DNA of 61,304 bases, counting the filler, from Asterionella formosa (taxonomy: Eukaryota): NCBI GenBank assembly GCA_002256025.1. It is 4 parts of 4 records of this genome, joined end to end, with 100 filler letters (N's around TTAATTAATTAA, not from the genome) between each part and the next. Parts side by side here need not be neighbours in the genome. Positions count along the whole stretch, not along the records: positions 46,081 to 61,304 come from NKIB01005543.1; 3 more parts are not named here. The stretch is one strand, 5' to 3'. The notes under the pieces were generated by a model. That model was not told where the DNA came from and searched no databases. It saw only the letters and a list, made by a program, of their open reading frames with translations. A program made the translations under genes and the position numbers. Of this stretch, positions 58,824 through 61,304 are shown piece by piece. Position 1 is the first letter of the stretch; every line of letters starts with the position of its first letter.

Positions 58824-60077
58824 ATGGCTTCATTTAGGGGAGGACCGACAACGTCAATGCCACGAACAAGGGCCATAGGATGGCTTTTGTTGTTTGTGTC
58901 GTTCCTTTCTGTCATTGGGATATTTTTCTGTGTTCCGCTATTCGATGACTCTATTGAGTATTCTTTGTTAGACAGCTCCATCGACTTTGGTGTCAACAAT
59001 GCGATCGTCAAGATCCCAAACTCAAGTAATAACAGTTCAACGGCCTCAGCCTCTTTCATCGGCAACGACCTTGCTCCACTTCCAGGGCTTCAGCCTCTGC
59101 GGTGTGAGCAATACCTGGAGGATGTCTACAATGGTATTATCAACATTAGCGATCCAAATGATTTCAAGGTCTACGCCCGTCGTATTCAAGGGATAACTGA
59201 CAATCCATTCTGGGTTGCAGTTCATGAAGAAAAATTTGACAGTGTCCGCTGGGGAAGTATATTTGTGTTGGGACGATACTACGAATCGAAAATGAACCAA
59301 GCCTTTGTTGATATTCTCCGTCAAAGCTCACCCGAAGCACGTGTCATTGATGTAGGAGGTAACATTGGTTGGTTTACATTGCTCTCTAGATCCATGGGAT
59401 TTGCCGTAGAGGCCTTTGAACCCTCAAAGCGAAACTCGGCTAGACTATGTGAATCGATGCGCATGAATCGATGGTCCAATGTTCTAGAGAAAACATATGA
59501 CAACATTTTGCCGCTGTCAGGAGGAGGTGCGGGGCGATACGTGAATGTTTATGACGTTGCATTGGGAGAACGTGACGGAAACCAAACGTTCAACTTTCAT
59601 CCAACCAATCCTGGCCAAGGGTCTCTTAGTAAAATGGTAGAAACAAATGTAGACCATCTTTGGAGCCAACATTCGAAACGGTCAGATGTTGTTGAAGTGG
59701 CAACTTTGGACTCCTTTATTCGTAGTAAGGGGTGGTTTGAAGAACCCATTGAGATCGCTATCCTCAAAGTTGACATTGAAGGGTATGAGCCACATGTATT
59801 CGCTGGCGCCCAACAGCTTTTGAAATCTCACATGATTAAAAATATATTGCTTGAGCTCTCGCCCGATATGCCTCGTAACAACAAATCTCCGAACATTCAA
59901 ATGATAAACAGGATTTTAGAGGCAGGCTACAGAGTTCACATGTTTGGAGGATACCAAGGTCCGAATATGCCAAACCCTTTTCCAGCAGCACCCACAAACA
60001 AGTTGGCGAAGTTGCTAGTGGAGTTGACTATGGAAAGGAAAGTAAAGCAACTGAATTTGTGGTTCAAGATTGCTTAA
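58824..60077 (+). CDS. FkbM-family methyltransferase with N-terminal signal anchor
   Basis: Motifs VIDVGGNIGWF, AFEP, ALG, TLDS and LKVDIEGYEP. TM segment WLLLFVSFLSVIGIFFCV. Likely start MASFRGG at 58824. Confidence 0.9.
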   Translation: MASFRGGPTTSMPRTRAIGWLLLFVSFLSVIGIFFCVPLFDDSIEYSLLDSSIDFGVNNAIVKIPNSSNNSSTASASFIGNDLAPLPGLQPLRCEQYLEDVYNGIINISDPNDFKVYARRIQGITDNPFWVAVHEEKFDSVRWGSIFVLGRYYESKMNQAFVDILRQSSPEARVIDVGGNIGWFTLLSRSMGFAVEAFEPSKRNSARLCESMRMNRWSNVLEKTYDNILPLSGGGAGRYVNVYDVALGERDGNQTFNFHPTNPGQGSLSKMVETNVDHLWSQHSKRSDVVEVATLDSFIRSKGWFEEPIEIAILKVDIEGYEPHVFAGAQQLLKSHMIKNILLELSPDMPRNNKSPNIQMINRILEAGYRVHMFGGYQGPNMPNPFPAAPTNKLAKLLVELTMERKVKQLNLWFKIA

Positions 60078-60099
60078 CATTGCAAGGCTTCTGAGCTAC

Positions 60100-61293
60100 A
60101 CAGCATAATTGATGGAGGAATTTGACAATGGAATTCATGAATTGTATTGCATGGCCTATTGATATTTGGCGTGACCTCGGAAGAGGAATCCGTCCCAAAA
60201 TGGACTTCATCCAGTTGGCGGAGGCCAATCTGATGTCAACCGAATTCTTTTTCATCTCATAGCGTTATTCCATGGTCAGCTCTGCGTTGTTGTAAACGCT
60301 TGGTCAACTCTAAACAACATCCGCTCGTATTTTCATTGTACACAAGTTTCCATTCCCTCAAACCACGTGTTTTGAATCCTCCTTGCATCCAAAGAAACAA
60401 GAGAATTGAATGTGAACTCCTCATAGTCACTAGCATAAATGATCAATCAATGATTACGTTTCACCATATCTGCTATGCTAGTTTCATGAATACTGTTTCT
60501 CTGGTATCAAGGAACATTCCGTGAAAAATTGAAATTTTTTTATTTATAATACCTTCTTGGCGTGTTTCGAGAATCCAGGGTATTGATTGTTGCCAATGTT
60601 GGCAGTACTCCCATGTTTGTTCAACCACAGTACAATCATCACTTTGGGATGCTGATCCATTCGTGCTCGAATCTTCATCCAATATGTTTGAAACGTTTTG
60701 TCTACTTGCATGAAATGAATGTAATACCATTCCTGGGATGAAATGTTTCATCATTAAAATCAATAAATTGAATACCATACTGGTCAAGAAGTTGTTGAGG
60801 AATTGTTAATTGTTGCGTTTTCGCTTGAAGTTGAGAGAATCTTTTCAAGGGGGGGGGGGGGGGGGGGTGGTGGGGGGTGACAAAATATTGAGTAGATGTG
60901 ATCAATTCCATCATCAGATACTGAATTTGAATCATGCGTTCTGGGAAGTGACAAGTCAATCAGGTGGGTTTTATAGATCCTACTTATAGCATTAGACAAT
61001 GCTCCCATTCAATCCAGAAGCAAGTCATGTGATTTGTTAGGATAGGGAATGAGAGCGAGTGGGCAGTCGAATTGACAGTGGCAGGGCCCAGCTTGATGAA
61101 CAAGAAACAAAAAAACCTCAGAGGGATGGAACTCTCTATTTTGTGCATAGATAGCTATAGTACGTATTAGATCATATCTCCTTAACAGGATTACAAGTAC
61201 TGCGGAATATTCTTCATCTACAATACTTTCTTGGTCTTTTGCTCCTTGACGAAAACCATTTTGGCAAGCCCCTTGATAATGAGCGATCCCCAA
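60100..61293 (-). pseudogene. Possible degraded coding sequence of unknown family
   Basis: A chain of short minus-strand frames with protein-like composition (e.g. WEYCQHWQQSIPW, WMQGGFKTRGLREWKLVYNE) broken by stops. No family recognised. Confidence 0.25.
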
Positions 61294-61304
61294 AAGATCT
61301 GTAA

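Overview
Eukaryotic nuclear DNA, almost certainly from a diatom: short GT-AG introns, a diatom-type 5S rRNA, bipartite plastid-type presequences, and diatom-typical gene families and mobile elements. The window is not one locus. Three 100-nt linkers (44 N + TTAATTAATTAA + 44 N) join four pieces of 15283, 15258, 15239 and 15224 nt, which look like size-sorted unplaced scaffolds, so adjacency across linkers means nothing. About 20 protein genes are supported: DnaJ, TPM/MOLO-1-RING, GMD, Nup214-like, a silicanin-like membrane protein, PPi-PFK, a GT15 fragment, DUF924, two PPR proteins, DUF2358, an AdoMetDC-like/aminopropyltransferase/SET fusion, NDUFB4 plus a tandem pseudogene, a bacterial-type SF1 helicase with a Vsr-like tail, a class 3 lipase, a PTP, a FAXC-like GST, GGT and an FkbM methyltransferase. 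There is also one 5S rRNA gene, a copia remnant, a degraded Ambal-like LINE and a dispersed TTAA-flanked Kolobok-like DNA transposon family. The most interesting candidates are the anti-phage-like helicase-nuclease, the apparently pseudo-enzymatic polyamine fusion and the Kolobok-like family. All family calls come from motif recognition by eye, not database searches.
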